A DNA stretch of 64,000 nt from Nitrospinaceae bacterium (GCA_046754465.1 JBHHVU010000001.1:95449-159448); one strand, 5' to 3'. Shown: positions 37,310-48,677, counted from the first letter of the stretch. The notes: generated by a model not told the origin, from the sequence alone. Translations and numbers: made by a program.

Positions 37310-38512
37310 ATGAACACCGAAGATTATATCCGCCTGGAGAACGAATACGGGGCAAAAAATTATAAGCCGCTGGACGTGGTATTGAACCGGGGCCGGGGAA
37401 TTTGGGTCTGGGACGTGGAGGGAAACCAATACCTGGATTGCCTTTCCGCCTATTCCGCGATCAACCAGGGGCATTGTCATCCCAGAATCCTGAAGGCCCT
37501 CATCCGCCAGGCCGAAAACCTGACGCTGGTTTCCCGCGCGTTTCGCAACGATCAGTTGGGCCCCTTTTACAAGGAAATTTGTGAACTCACCCAATCCCAC
37601 AGCGTCCTCCCCATGAACAGCGGGGCCGAGGCGGTGGAATCGGCCATCAAAGCGGTTCGTAAATGGGGATACAACGTCAAAAAGGTTCCCGAGGGCCGGG
37701 CCGAGATCATCGTCTGCCAAAATAATTTTCACGGAAGAACGTTGACCATCGTCGGTTTCAGTACCGAATCCCAGTACCGGGACGGGTATGCCCCCTTCAC
37801 TCCCGGATTCAAAATCATCCCTTTCGGCGACACGGACGCGCTGGAACAGGCCATCACCCCCAACACCGTGGGGTTTTTGGTCGAACCCATACAAGGAGAG
37901 GGCGGCGTGATCGTCCCCCCCAAAGGGTATTTGAAATCCGTGAGAGAAATCTGTACCCGGCAGAATGTGATGCTGATTCTGGATGAAATCCAAACCGGAC
38001 TGGGACGAACGGGAAAACTTTTCGCCGAGGAACACGAGGGAATTCAGTCGGACCTAACCCTGGTCGGTAAAGCCTTATCGGGCGGATTTTATCCGGTGTC
38101 CGCAGTTTTATCCAACCGGGAAGTATTGGGGGTTTTCAAACCGGGGGACCATGGCAGCACGTTTGGGGGAAATCCCCTGGCCTGCGCCGTGGCCCGGGAG
38201 GCCTTGAAGGTCCTGATCGAAGAAAAAATGACCGAAAACGCCGCCGTGCAGGGAGAATATTTCCTTCGGCGGCTCGGGGAAATTCGATCGCCTCACATCA
38301 AGGAAATCCGGGGAAGGGGATTATTGATCGGGGTGGAACTGATGCCCCAAGCCGGCGGCGCCCGGCGGTTCTGCGAGCGGTTGCGGGAAAAAGGCCTTCT
38401 TTGCAAAGAGACGCATGAAAACGTCATCCGCTTCGCCCCGCCGCTGATCATCGGCCCAAAGGAAATCGACTGGGCGCTGGAAAGAATCCACGACGTGCTG
38501 ACGGCCCCTTGA
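37310..38512 (+). CDS. rocD: Ornithine--oxo-acid aminotransferase
   Basis: [55 protein letters not shown]. Confidence 0.95.
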   Translation: MNTEDYIRLENEYGAKNYKPLDVVLNRGRGIWVWDVEGNQYLDCLSAYSAINQGHCHPRILKALIRQAENLTLVSRAFRNDQLGPFYKEICELTQSHSVLPMNSGAEAVESAIKAVRKWGYNVKKVPEGRAEIIVCQNNFHGRTLTIVGFSTESQYRDGYAPFTPGFKIIPFGDTDALEQAITPNTVGFLVEPIQGEGGVIVPPKGYLKSVREICTRQNVMLILDEIQTGLGRTGKLFAEEHEGIQSDLTLVGKALSGGFYPVSAVLSNREVLGVFKPGDHGSTFGGNPLACAVAREALKVLIEEKMTENAAVQGEYFLRRLGEIRSPHIKEIRGRGLLIGVELMPQAGGARRFCERLREKGLLCKETHENVIRFAPPLIIGPKEIDWALERIHDVLTAP

Positions 38513-38552
38513 CCCCATCCTCCCCAGGTGTAGGCCCCAAACCGCCCGCGGA

Positions 38553-40100
38553 TCACTCCAGCCACACGCGGACATGCCGTTCGGGATCTTTCAAATCGAA
38601 CAACGTTTGCCGAACAAATCCCGATTTTCGCGCTCGCCGCTGAATGTCATCGAGATCGATTCCCTGCCGGCCGATGGCCTCTTTTACCGGGGGATCGATC
38701 ACGTCCTTCAGGTTTTCCGCCACCCGCGCGGGCATGGTCAGTTTCACCTTGTTGCCGTTGGGCTTGACGACGCTGACCTTGAGGTATCGGGCCATCCCAT
38801 CGAATCCCAGTATTTTTTCCGGGGCCACGGAGGGTTCGGGCACCGTGAGAGAGCGGACGGAGGCGTACTCCTCCGCGCAGGATCGGTCGAGAATATAACG
38901 CCAGGGCAACCGGGCATCCAGCCGTTCCAACATGACCGCCAGGCCATGAAGGGTCCGCATCATAAAAATCAACGCGGGGGGCGCGGCCGAACGGAACCAC
39001 CATTTCATTTCTCCCACAATCTGGTCGAACCGTTCGCTCATCCTCCATTCCGCGACGTTGTAAGGCGCATCCGTCACGAAGGGGTCAAACAACACGTTCA
39101 ACAATGCGGGAAGCGTGGGCCGAAGATCGTGCAGCTTTTCCGCGTCAAACCCGATCAGGGTGAGGCAGGAAACCGGGTCCAGCGGCTCATGATCCTGAAG
39201 GGCCAGAATGATGCGCAACAGCCCCAGCCGAACCTCGTCCGGGACCTCCAGAATGCTGCCATAATCATAAAGGATGAGCGCAAAATTATCCCTGCCGTAC
39301 CGGCGGAAAGCAAAATTTCCCGGATGCGGGTCGGAATGGACGAAACCATGTCGGAACAACATATGAAAATAATGTTCCAGCAGGATTCGTCCCATGGCCT
39401 GCCGCTGCGGGGAAACCATTTTCTCCGCCTTGTCCAAGCCGAACCCCTCTTCCAGGCGTTGAACCAGAACCTTAGACCGGCAGTAAGCGGGAAGGACCTC
39501 CGGAACGATGACATTCTTCAAAGGGCGGACAAGTTCCCGGTACCGTTGCTGATGCCGGATTTCGCAGGTGTAGTCCAGTTCTTTCCGGAAACTGTTCCAA
39601 AACGCGTCCCGGTATCCATCCAGGTGAAATCCCCATTTGGCGGCCGGGCCCACCTTGGGCATCCAACCCAACAAATCCATTTCCGCTTCCACCGCCCGGG
39701 CGATTTCGGGATACTGCACCTTGACCGCTACCGCAGTCCCGTCCCGGAGCTTTCCAAAATGCACCTGCCCCAGGGAAGCGGCCTTGCCTTCTTTATCCAG
39801 ACCGCGGAATACGGAATCGAAGGGTGATTCCAACCTTTCCTCCAGCAAACTCACGACCTGGTCGAAAGGCATGGGTCTGATCGAGGAATTCAGCGTTTCC
39901 CGGAGGGCCTCATCCTCACTCTCCAGCGTCATGAATTGACCGACTTTAGCGGGAAGTCCCCGGGATTCCCCCAGCACTTGCAGCAGATAGTTTTTTGCCC
40001 ATTGATGTTTGTCTTCATCGGTGGCGGACTTCAGGGTGCGGACGGCCTGGCCCACTTTTACCAGGTTCACCCCCCGCTTCAACAAAGTGGCCCAATTCAT
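38553..40100 (-). CDS. ABC1/UbiB (AarF) family atypical kinase
   Basis: KVGQ, AASLGQVH, VAVKVQYP, ELDY, HSDPHPGN, DYG. Confidence 0.92.
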   Translation of the reverse strand: MNWATLLKRGVNLVKVGQAVRTLKSATDEDKHQWAKNYLLQVLGESRGLPAKVGQFMTLESEDEALRETLNSSIRPMPFDQVVSLLEERLESPFDSVFRGLDKEGKAASLGQVHFGKLRDGTAVAVKVQYPEIARAVEAEMDLLGWMPKVGPAAKWGFHLDGYRDAFWNSFRKELDYTCEIRHQQRYRELVRPLKNVIVPEVLPAYCRSKVLVQRLEEGFGLDKAEKMVSPQRQAMGRILLEHYFHMLFRHGFVHSDPHPGNFAFRRYGRDNFALILYDYGSILEVPDEVRLGLLRIILALQDHEPLDPVSCLTLIGFDAEKLHDLRPTLPALLNVLFDPFVTDAPYNVAEWRMSERFDQIVGEMKWWFRSAAPPALIFMMRTLHGLAVMLERLDARLPWRYILDRSCAEEYASVRSLTVPEPSVAPEKILGFDGMARYLKVSVVKPNGNKVKLTMPARVAENLKDVIDPPVKEAIGRQGIDLDDIQRRARKSGFVRQTLFDLKDPERHVRVWLE

Positions 40101-42922
40101 AAATTTCCTCCGGTCGAAACATTGCGCTTCGCTTGCGTACTTTTTCCACTATTGAACTGACTCACCTCGGTAATGACACCCTTGGGAACGGGTTCCGTAT
40201 TGTTTTTGGAGCGAATGAGAATCACCAGCCTGGGCGTTTCAGGATTCATCAGGTATTGGTGCGCCGCGGCGACGACATCCTCTTTCTTCACATCCTTAAC
40301 GGCCTGGACCAATTTATTTTTATAGTCAAAATCCTCCTTTTCCTGGGTGGCCAGGTAATACAAGTCACTGAGAACCTCCGCGATACTGTCCCCTTTTTTC
40401 TCCAGCGCCACGATTCGCCCGGCCCGGTGACGCTCGAATTCCTCATCCGTCAGGTTACCGAAAAGTTTTCCCACTCCCGACAACCACTTATCCACCCTGC
40501 GGTTCAGTTCAAACGGACTGTATTTGGCGGATTGGATAATAAATCTGAAAAAAAGCGTGTCCTCCATTCGCTGCTGGAAACTCCATACGATATATCCCAG
40601 TTGCTGGTTGGTCCGCATTTGCGTATAAAAATCGGATTCCACGATGGAGGCGATCAACTGCAGTTTGGCTTGCAGCTCGAAATCTTTCTTCCCGATTTCC
40701 AGGCCGTAGGCCAGGGAATTGTTGTTGTCCATGACCTTTTTTGAAAACAGGTACGTTTCCCCGGGTCTCAGTTGCACGACTTCCTGTTGGAAGCGTTCCT
40801 CCTTGGGAAGGGGATGCCCCTGGAGGGCGTCCAGAAGAACCTGAACGCTCTCACGGACCTGGCCGTCGGTCCAATTGCCGTGGGCCACCCCGGTGATGTA
40901 AATCTTGCCGTAAAGTGTTTGGGTGTATTCCTTCAAATCATCCAGGGTCAAGGGCTCCAGCGCGGCAAGGCTCTCATCCTCGTCATACTGTTTTTCCAGC
41001 CACATCAACCGATTGTAATATCCTCCCCGGGCAAAGGCCTGGCCCAGTTTGCGGTTTTTCAATCCGCGAATCATGGCTTCCTTGATATTGCCGAACTTCT
41101 CCTGATCGATTTTGATTTTTTTCAGGCTTTTCGTGACCAGGCGCAGAAGCTCGTCCACCCTTTCGGAATATCCGCCAATGGCCAGGACCACCCCTTTTTT
41201 CTCGACACTCAGGCCATAGGACAGTCCGGCGATCTGAATCGGATAAACGATCTCGTTCAACCCTTCCGCGATCGCCGCGCTGTAAAGGTTGGACAACTGC
41301 GAATTCCGAACGGTATCGTAGACTTTCGGCGTCTCAATGCGGAACTGCATATAAACCCGGGGTTGCTTGAACCGGTCGTCGAACTGGAACCAGACACGGG
41401 CCAATTCGTCATCCCACACCCGGTGCGGTTTTTCCTCGGTCAATTTCAGGTGGTAGGGGATGAAAGGGTTCTGCTCGGGATAATACAGAGCAGCCACTTT
41501 CCTGGGAGCTTCCAATTTTTCGAATGCGGGCCCGCCGACCTCGCTGAGTGAATATTGAGTTCCGTAAAAATCCGCCACCCGGTCCGTTTCCACCGAATTG
41601 GTCTTCAAAATCACCAAGGCGTTTCCTGGATTCAGGGTGTCCAGGAGCGCCCGGTAGGCGTCCGGATCATATTTCTTGAACAGGTACGGCAGGGTCTCAA
41701 CATCCTCAAGTTTATAATCCTGCATGAGCGCGGACCGGCCGGCGACATAGCCCATGCCCTCCTGGGGATCTTTCCAGTCGAAATTGATCTGGGCCATGGT
41801 TTGGTTTTCATCATAGGTATACTTTTTAATCCCTTTCTCCTTCAACATCCGGATATACGAAAAAATCCGTTCGATCACCCTTTCGTATTGATCCACGCCT
41901 TTATGGGTTAGCGAAACATTGACGCTGAACGAATTGATATTGGGATGGCTGTACCCGCCCCCAGCGCTCAATCCCAATGCCAGGCCTTCCTTTTTCAACT
42001 CCGAAAGAAGCGAACCCTTTCCCTCGTACCCTATAATCGACCCGATAATGGAAGCCGGTTTGCTGGCCTGGTGATCGACGAGCCGGATGGTGGGGAACTC
42101 CACTTCCAGGGACCGGATGTCTTTAATCATTTTGATTTTAAGGAGCCGGTATTGATCCTTGAGAGGCTTGCGGAAGTTGGGGTCAATGGGAGGCAGTTGA
42201 ACGGGATGATTCGGAATGCCCGCAAAATACTTTCGAGCCAGGTCCGCCTGCTCCTTCAGGGGAAGGTTGGCAAGAATCGCCAATTTCATATTCGAGGCGG
42301 CATAATATTTTCTGTAAAAATCCTGGAGGGCGGCCCGGTTGTCCCCCGAAAGTGTTTCCTTGTTTCCGGTCCCGAACTTGTGGATGGGGTGCCCTTTTTC
42401 AGAAACCTGAGAAATGACGTAGGTGGACCGCCAGCCATCATTGAGTTTGTTTTTATCGTGTTCGCTGTTGACCGCGTTCACCTCGCGTTTCGCGTAGGTT
42501 TTATCGAACAGCGGCGCCTTAAAAAAATCACTGAACCGGTCCACGGCGCCTTCGAATCCTTCATGCGAAACCTGAAAAAAGAAATTCGTGATGGCGGCCC
42601 CGGTGTAGGCGTTGCTGGCGCCGGAGTTTTCCGCCAGGTATTTTTTGAAGCTTCCGACTTCCGGGTACTTCTTGGTGCCCAAAAACAGCATATGCTCCAG
42701 ATAATGGGCCAATCCCATCTTGTTATCCGGATCATAAAGGCTGCCGGTTCCCACCGATAGCGCCGCCGCGTCTCTATGGACGTCGGGATCATAAATGAGC
42801 AATACGCCGAGACCGTTTTTCAAGGTGAGGGTTTGGGTCTCCCGTTTTGCCGCTTCCACCGTGGCTCCCATGCCAACCAGCAAGAGAACCAGGAAAACAA
42901 GAATCTTTTGAAATATTTTCAT
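40097..42922 (-). CDS. M16A insulinase/pitrilysin-family zinc peptidase, secreted
   Basis: HYLEHMLFLG (HxxEH), NAYT, REVNAVNSEH, MRTNQQLGY; signal peptide from the ATG at 42922. Confidence 0.94.
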   Translation of the reverse strand: MKIFQKILVFLVLLLVGMGATVEAAKRETQTLTLKNGLGVLLIYDPDVHRDAAALSVGTGSLYDPDNKMGLAHYLEHMLFLGTKKYPEVGSFKKYLAENSGASNAYTGAAITNFFFQVSHEGFEGAVDRFSDFFKAPLFDKTYAKREVNAVNSEHDKNKLNDGWRSTYVISQVSEKGHPIHKFGTGNKETLSGDNRAALQDFYRKYYAASNMKLAILANLPLKEQADLARKYFAGIPNHPVQLPPIDPNFRKPLKDQYRLLKIKMIKDIRSLEVEFPTIRLVDHQASKPASIIGSIIGYEGKGSLLSELKKEGLALGLSAGGGYSHPNINSFSVNVSLTHKGVDQYERVIERIFSYIRMLKEKGIKKYTYDENQTMAQINFDWKDPQEGMGYVAGRSALMQDYKLEDVETLPYLFKKYDPDAYRALLDTLNPGNALVILKTNSVETDRVADFYGTQYSLSEVGGPAFEKLEAPRKVAALYYPEQNPFIPYHLKLTEEKPHRVWDDELARVWFQFDDRFKQPRVYMQFRIETPKVYDTVRNSQLSNLYSAAIAEGLNEIVYPIQIAGLSYGLSVEKKGVVLAIGGYSERVDELLRLVTKSLKKIKIDQEKFGNIKEAMIRGLKNRKLGQAFARGGYYNRLMWLEKQYDEDESLAALEPLTLDDLKEYTQTLYGKIYITGVAHGNWTDGQVRESVQVLLDALQGHPLPKEERFQQEVVQLRPGETYLFSKKVMDNNNSLAYGLEIGKKDFELQAKLQLIASIVESDFYTQMRTNQQLGYIVWSFQQRMEDTLFFRFIIQSAKYSPFELNRRVDKWLSGVGKLFGNLTDEEFERHRAGRIVALEKKGDSIAEVLSDLYYLATQEKEDFDYKNKLVQAVKDVKKEDVVAAAHQYLMNPETPRLVILIRSKNNTEPVPKGVITEVSQFNSGKSTQAKRNVSTGGNL

Positions 42923-43104
42923 CCGCCACACAATACACCTCCGGATATCCGAACTCTTCGCGAAGAGTAATTGGGAAACAAGGGGTTTAGGGGAAAGAAC
43001 CTGATCCACCAACTCTTTAATCATTCATGTTACAAGGTATTGAAAGAGTTATCAATATGTTAGAAAAGAACCACGGGGCTGGAAGGCGGTCCTTGCAATA
43101 AAAC

Positions 43105-44004
43105 TCATGGATTCAATCCGATGAGCGTTATCCCCAGGACCGTCAATCCGCCGGCGAGGAGGCGTTGCCCGCCAAAGGGTTCTCCCATTTTCCAGGCGCC
43201 CCAGTAAACCACCATGAGGACACTGGTCTGGCGGACAGAGACCACGGCGCTCACCGCCTCGAATTGCAGCACGGCGCAAATGAGGCCGTAAGATCCCAAC
43301 GTCGCGAAAGCGGCGAACAACGCCCGGCGCCATTCACCTTTCCAAACCGAAAAGATTTCTCCCGGCGGATCGGTGAGCAGCAGGTAAGCCAGGTAAAATG
43401 AAAAACCCACGAGCGATTCGAGGAAAAAGAAAATGACGCCATTGGCGAATGCCCGATCGGGGAAGCCGGTAAAGAAAACGTCCATCCCCCGTTTATCCAC
43501 AAGACTGTAGGCCACCACCAGGGCCAGGGTGTAAAAGGCCCACCGCAAGTCGCGGTGAACCACCGCCTGGTACAAATTTTGAAACCCCCGCACGAGGTGG
43601 CCGTCGAAATGCATTATATAAATGGCCAGAAGAATGACGGGGATCGCCAAGACCGTCAAGGCGGGCAAATGCTCTCCCAACAGAAAATAGGCGCCCAGTG
43701 GAACAAAAGCCGGCGCGGACCGGGCGATGGGATACACATAGGATATGTCCTGATGGTCATAAGCCCGGGAGAGGCAAAGAATATAAACACCATGCAGGAT
43801 TCCCGAAATCCCCGCCCAGAAGATCAGACCGAAATGATCGAACGGAAATTCATAAAGGGACATCGAAATCAGCGCCATAAGGATGATCCACAATCCCTTG
43901 AGACCGGAAAAATACTTGGGGTTTTTGCTGCCTTGGGTCAGCACGTTCCACAGGGCGTGGGACAGACTGGACAACAGGATGAGACCAATATTAAACGGGG
44001 CCAA
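43105..44004 (-). CDS. EamA/DMT-family transporter
   Basis: HALWN, AY...DISYVYPIARSAP, YSLVDK, VRQTSV; about 10 TM segments. Confidence 0.88.
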   Translation of the reverse strand: MAPFNIGLILLSSLSHALWNVLTQGSKNPKYFSGLKGLWIILMALISMSLYEFPFDHFGLIFWAGISGILHGVYILCLSRAYDHQDISYVYPIARSAPAFVPLGAYFLLGEHLPALTVLAIPVILLAIYIMHFDGHLVRGFQNLYQAVVHRDLRWAFYTLALVVAYSLVDKRGMDVFFTGFPDRAFANGVIFFFLESLVGFSFYLAYLLLTDPPGEIFSVWKGEWRRALFAAFATLGSYGLICAVLQFEAVSAVVSVRQTSVLMVVYWGAWKMGEPFGGQRLLAGGLTVLGITLIGLNP

Positions 44005-44158
44005 GCCTTTGTCTCCCGAAGAGAAACGCCAGAATAAAAATGTGTCTCTGATTTTCTTCCATGATTCGCGGGTCTATGATATATTTCCGCCATTCCAACA
44101 ACAAAATCCACCGCGGCTAAAATAACAAATTGGGGGTTCCATACCAAATAAAGATGCC

Positions 44159-44584
44159 ATGCCCATCATAGATAAAATCGCGTACATATCCTGCCCCACC
44201 AAGGATTTGGACCGGGCGGTGGAATTTTATGAGCACGTTCTGGGATTCGAACTTCTCTTCCAAAGGGAAGGTTGGGCCGAATTCAAAGTGGGAGGGCAGC
44301 GTCTGGCCTTGCACCAGGTGAGTGAAATTTCACGGAGCGAAACCGCGGAAGGGATAAGATTATCGTTCCTGGCCAAACCCATCCACGAGGTCATCGGCCA
44401 ACTGGTGAACAAGGGCGTACATTTTGTGAGCCGGCTGCAGATCTATCCTTACGGGAAACTCGTCAGTTTCGAGGATCCGGACGGGAATATTCTGGCCCTT
44501 TACGAACCCCCTTCCAAAAAAATGCAACCCCCCCCGCCCCCTGATTCTAATAAAGAATCCGCGGAATCCGAATTCCCGGGTTGA
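44159..44584 (+). CDS. VOC/glyoxalase-family protein
   Basis: DLDRAVEFYEHVLGF, YG..VSFEDPDGN. Confidence 0.9.
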   Translation: MPIIDKIAYISCPTKDLDRAVEFYEHVLGFELLFQREGWAEFKVGGQRLALHQVSEISRSETAEGIRLSFLAKPIHEVIGQLVNKGVHFVSRLQIYPYGKLVSFEDPDGNILALYEPPSKKMQPPPPPDSNKESAESEFPG

Positions 44585-44689
44585 AAGGCTCTTCCCCTGA
44601 ATTCCCATTGAGAGCCGCCGGTTTCCCGGCAAGTGAATGTTTTGTGGTGTGGGACTTGACTCCCCACCCTGCTATTGTAATATGAACGT

Positions 44690-45205
44690 ATGACACATCC
44701 CCTGACGCATTTCAATGAAGAGGGCCGCGCCCGGATGGTGGACGTAGGCAACAAGAACGTCACCCAGCGGACCGCCGTCGCCACGGGCGTGGTCTACATG
44801 CAGCCCGAAACCCTCCAGTTGATCCAGGAAGGGCAAATCAAGAAGGGGGATGTCCTCGCGGTCGCCCAGGTGGCCGGGATCATGGGAGCCAAAAAAACAT
44901 CCGAACTCATTCCCATGTGTCATCCGCTCGCACTCACCCATGTCGATATCCGTTTTTCCGAGCACCTCGAACCCGACCCGCAAACCGGGTTGTGCTCGAT
45001 CACGATCACCGCGACGGTCAAGGTGAGTGGGAAAACCGGGGTGGAAATGGAAGCGCTCACGGCGGTATCCCATGCGGCGCTTACGATTTACGATATGTGC
45101 AAAGCCGTCGACCGGGGAATGTTCTTCAATCAAATCGGACTGCTCCAGAAGTCCGGCGGCAAGTCGGGAACCTTTTCCCGCAAACAGGTGGGAACCGACT
45201 CATGA
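44690..45205 (+). CDS. moaC: Cyclic pyranopterin monophosphate synthase
   Basis: LTHF...[36 protein letters not shown]. Confidence 0.98.
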   Translation: MTHPLTHFNEEGRARMVDVGNKNVTQRTAVATGVVYMQPETLQLIQEGQIKKGDVLAVAQVAGIMGAKKTSELIPMCHPLALTHVDIRFSEHLEPDPQTGLCSITITATVKVSGKTGVEMEALTAVSHAALTIYDMCKAVDRGMFFNQIGLLQKSGGKSGTFSRKQVGTDS

Positions 45206-45453
45206 TCCGGATCAAGTACTTCGCCAGTTTGAAATCCATCGCCGGCAAGGAAGAGGAGCAGATGGACGTTGGGAGTGAAACCACCATACTCCATTTGAGT
45301 GAACTCATCTCAAAAACCACGCCCCAGATCGGTGAAATGGTCAAGGGAAAAAAGATCATGGTTTCGGTCAACCAGGACGTCGCCGGCCCGGATACGATCG
45401 TCCGGGATGGAGACGAAGTGGCTTTTCTTCCCCCATTTTCCGGCGGGTCATGA
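45202..45453 (+). CDS. moaD: Molybdopterin synthase sulfur carrier subunit
   Basis: [11 protein letters not shown]...VNQ...[18 protein letters not shown] overlaps with moaC and moaE. Confidence 0.93.
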   Translation: MIRIKYFASLKSIAGKEEEQMDVGSETTILHLSELISKTTPQIGEMVKGKKIMVSVNQDVAGPDTIVRDGDEVAFLPPFSGGS

Positions 45454-45905
45454 CAGGGGAAAAAAATATGAGCACCGCAACTGAATCCAAAATAAGAATC
45501 CAGCGGGAAGATTTTTCCGTCACCGACGAAATCGAATTCATGAAGAAGGTTTCCCGCAACATCGGCGGCATCGCCGTGTTTCTGGGAACGGGCCGGGAGC
45601 TTTCCAAGGGGGAGAACATCACCCAGCTCAACTTCGAACATTACCCCAAAATGGCGGAGAAAAAACTCGCCGAAATCCGCGAAAAGGCGATCCGCGATTT
45701 TAAGATCATCGACATGAGCATCATCCACCGGATCGGTGAAATTGAGATTGGGGAAAACATCGTTCTCATCGTCGCCTGCGGGGAACACCGCAAGGAGGCG
45801 TTCCAGGCGTGTGAATGGGCGATCAGCGAGCTCAAACGCACCACCCCCATCTGGAAAAGAGAAACCACTTCCAAGGGAGATGTCTGGGTCCAGGACACTC
45901 CCTGA
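45450..45905 (+). CDS. moaE: Molybdopterin synthase catalytic subunit
   Basis: EHYPKMAEK, HRIG, HRKEAF, LK..TPIWKRE; alternative start at 45468. Confidence 0.95.
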   Translation: MTGEKNMSTATESKIRIQREDFSVTDEIEFMKKVSRNIGGIAVFLGTGRELSKGENITQLNFEHYPKMAEKKLAEIREKAIRDFKIIDMSIIHRIGEIEIGENIVLIVACGEHRKEAFQACEWAISELKRTTPIWKRETTSKGDVWVQDTP

Positions 45906-45971
45906 ATTTCTTTCCCGGAACCGGGAAACGTTGGCCGCCCTTGGCCGTCCCCGTTAACGAACACATCCTGA

Positions 45972-48677
45972 ATGATTCCTCCACACACAGCCGGGCTGGT
46001 ACTCACCGTCAATTCCCGCCTGGCCCGCTGGCGTCTGCTCGAATACAACCGGAAACAGGAAGAGGCCGGCAAAAAAGTCTGGCCCACCCCAATCATCCTT
46101 CCCCTGAAAAGCTGGCTGAAACAGGCATGGGTCCAATCCTGGCCCGAAAGATTCGTTCTCACCAACCTGCAATCCCTCAAACTCTGGGAAGAGATCATTC
46201 GCCGCGATCCTCAATACCGGGTTCTGGATCTTCTCCATCTCAACGGCCTGGCCCAGCAGGCCGCCGAAGCCTTTTCCCTGATCCAGGAATACTGTCTTCC
46301 CGTGGAGACGGAAGCATTCGCCTGGACCGAGGAATCCTGGGCGTTCCACCGGTGGATGCGGCAATATGAAAAACAGTTGAAGGAACGGCAGGCGCTCGAT
46401 GCCGCCACCCTCCCGGACGCCGTGCGGGAGGCCATGGACCGGGGCGACATCCCCTTCCCCAGGGAACTGGTTCTGGCGGGATTCGAGGAAGTCACCCCGC
46501 AATTGCAATCCTGCCTGGATTTTCTCAAGCGAAAAGGAACACGCACCGCATTCGATCCGGACCTTCCGGGCCACCATCCCCCGTCCTTGAAGGACCTGGC
46601 CACGGGGAAAAACATACAGGTCCGCCCATTCGACGGCCGCAAGGAGGAAGCGATTCAATGCGCCCGCTGGGTGCGTCATTGGCACCAGCCGGGAAAAAGA
46701 TTCGGTATCGTCGCCACCGACCTCAGGGAATACCGCTCGATCCTCCAGAGAGAACTCAGCGCCGAACTGTCCCCGGACAGCATTTTCCCATGGGTGACGA
46801 AAGATCCCCTGTTCAACCTGTCGCTGGGTGGGCCGCTCGCCGAGGAACCTTTGGTGAATTCGGCCCTGCTCCTGCTTTCCATACAACATGCCGCGGTGCC
46901 GCTCAGCATTTTTTCCGCGGTCATCAAAAGTCCCTACCTGGACGCGGGGCAACGCGAACCGGTTCACGCCCATGAGCTCGACCTCGCCCTTCGAAAAAAT
47001 AACACAGTCACCGTTTATCTCCAACAGGCGGAAAAACTCATCGGCGAGGAAAAATCTCCCCGGCTGTTCTCATTGATCCATCGCTGGACCGAGTGGACCT
47101 CGGTGCGCGAAAACCTGCTGCCCAGCGATTGGGGGAAACGGTATTCCGTTTTCTTGCGGGGATTGGGCTGGCCCGGCGGCGGCAGAACCCTGACCAGCCG
47201 GGAGCACCAGGTCTACCAAGCCTGGAAAGAATGCCTGGACGCGTTCGCCTCGCTGGACGGTATCATCGGCCGGCTGCCGCGGAGGCAGGCCGCGGTCGCC
47301 CTGGGCCGCATCGCCGAGGAACAGCCGTTCCAGGAAAAAACCCGTGAACAGCCCATCCAGGTGGTGGGACTGCTGGAATCCTCGGGCATGACCTTCGACC
47401 ATCTTTGGGTGATGGGCTGTCATTCCGAAGCCCTGCCCGCAATGCCGTCACCCAATCCGTTCCTGTCCGTCGACTTCCGGAAAAAGCACAACCTTCCCCG
47501 CTCCTCGGCCCAAAGAGAGCTGGAATTCGCGGAAAATTCACTACGCCGGTTGATCTCCTCCTCGAATAACATCCTGTTCAGCTATCCCATTTGGGATCGA
47601 AAAACCGATTTGAAAATGAGTCCGCTACTGGCTCCCCTGCAAAACGCGGGCAAGGAACCCGGCATGGGTGAAGAAACTCCCGCCTCCCACCGGGTCAAGG
47701 ATGGGTTTCCACCTTTCCTCCACCTGGAGACGTTGGAAGAATCGGTTCGTATTCCCGCCACGGAGATAGAACGCCGGACTTTTAAGCAAACCGGCCTTGC
47801 CGGCGGCTACACAGCGTTGAGGGATCAGGCGGAATGCCCCTTCCGGGCGTTTTCCATCCATCGCCTGCACACAAAAAAAACGGACCTCCCGGAACTGGAT
47901 TTCGACAGCCAGGAACGTGGGATCCTGGTCCACAAGGCCCTTCAGAAATTCTGGGAAAAAACCAAAACCATGAAAGCCTTGCAGCAATTGGAAAGCAGCA
48001 ATCAACTTAATAAAACCGTGCGCGAGGCCGTCGATTCAGCGATCCGTAATTTTTCCAACAAACTTTCCTGGCAAAACCGGTTTGCCCAACTGGAACACGA
48101 AAGGATCGTCCGCCTCATGGAGGAATGGCTGGAAATGGAACTCCGCCGCTCGGACTTCGAAGTCCTTCACGCGGAAAAGGATGAGATTGTCACCATATCC
48201 GGCATTGAATTAAAATTGCGCATCGACCGGATCGACCGCATGGACCGGGGAAAAACCTTGGTGATCGATTACAAAACCGGAAACAATACCGCTAAAAATT
48301 CACCCAAGACCTGGTTCGGAGACCGCGTTCAGGAACCGCAGTTGCCCCTGTACGCATTGCATATCCGGCCGGACGCCGTCGCTTTCGGCCAGGTCAAAAA
48401 GGGCAAGGTCATGTTCAAGACCGTAGCCGACCCGCAATCGGCTTTCAAGGGGTTAAACCCAAAATCCTTCGAAAAGGATTCCGGCTGCACCACCTGGCCG
48501 GAACTGATCGATTATTGGCGGAACAAGTTAACCGGCCTGGCGGATCACTTTCTCGAGGGCATGACCGGGGTGGACCCGGTCAAGGACGAAACCACCTGCC
48601 GGAATTGCGGGCACCAGACTTTTTGCCGGGTAAGGGAACTGCGCGCCTTTTTCCCGGATGAGGAGGAGGAAGAGTGA
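45972..48677 (+). CDS. AddB-like DNA repair protein with a C-terminal PD-(D/E)xK nuclease and Fe-S staple
   Basis: ECPF, ERG.LVH, RIDRID, IDYKTG, QLPLY, CRNCGHQTFC; overlaps the helicase gene. Confidence 0.85.
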   Translation: MIPPHTAGLVLTVNSRLARWRLLEYNRKQEEAGKKVWPTPIILPLKSWLKQAWVQSWPERFVLTNLQSLKLWEEIIRRDPQYRVLDLLHLNGLAQQAAEAFSLIQEYCLPVETEAFAWTEESWAFHRWMRQYEKQLKERQALDAATLPDAVREAMDRGDIPFPRELVLAGFEEVTPQLQSCLDFLKRKGTRTAFDPDLPGHHPPSLKDLATGKNIQVRPFDGRKEEAIQCARWVRHWHQPGKRFGIVATDLREYRSILQRELSAELSPDSIFPWVTKDPLFNLSLGGPLAEEPLVNSALLLLSIQHAAVPLSIFSAVIKSPYLDAGQREPVHAHELDLALRKNNTVTVYLQQAEKLIGEEKSPRLFSLIHRWTEWTSVRENLLPSDWGKRYSVFLRGLGWPGGGRTLTSREHQVYQAWKECLDAFASLDGIIGRLPRRQAAVALGRIAEEQPFQEKTREQPIQVVGLLESSGMTFDHLWVMGCHSEALPAMPSPNPFLSVDFRKKHNLPRSSAQRELEFAENSLRRLISSSNNILFSYPIWDRKTDLKMSPLLAPLQNAGKEPGMGEETPASHRVKDGFPPFLHLETLEESVRIPATEIERRTFKQTGLAGGYTALRDQAECPFRAFSIHRLHTKKTDLPELDFDSQERGILVHKALQKFWEKTKTMKALQQLESSNQLNKTVREAVDSAIRNFSNKLSWQNRFAQLEHERIVRLMEEWLEMELRRSDFEVLHAEKDEIVTISGIELKLRIDRIDRMDRGKTLVIDYKTGNNTAKNSPKTWFGDRVQEPQLPLYALHIRPDAVAFGQVKKGKVMFKTVADPQSAFKGLNPKSFEKDSGCTTWPELIDYWRNKLTGLADHFLEGMTGVDPVKDETTCRNCGHQTFCRVRELRAFFPDEEEEE

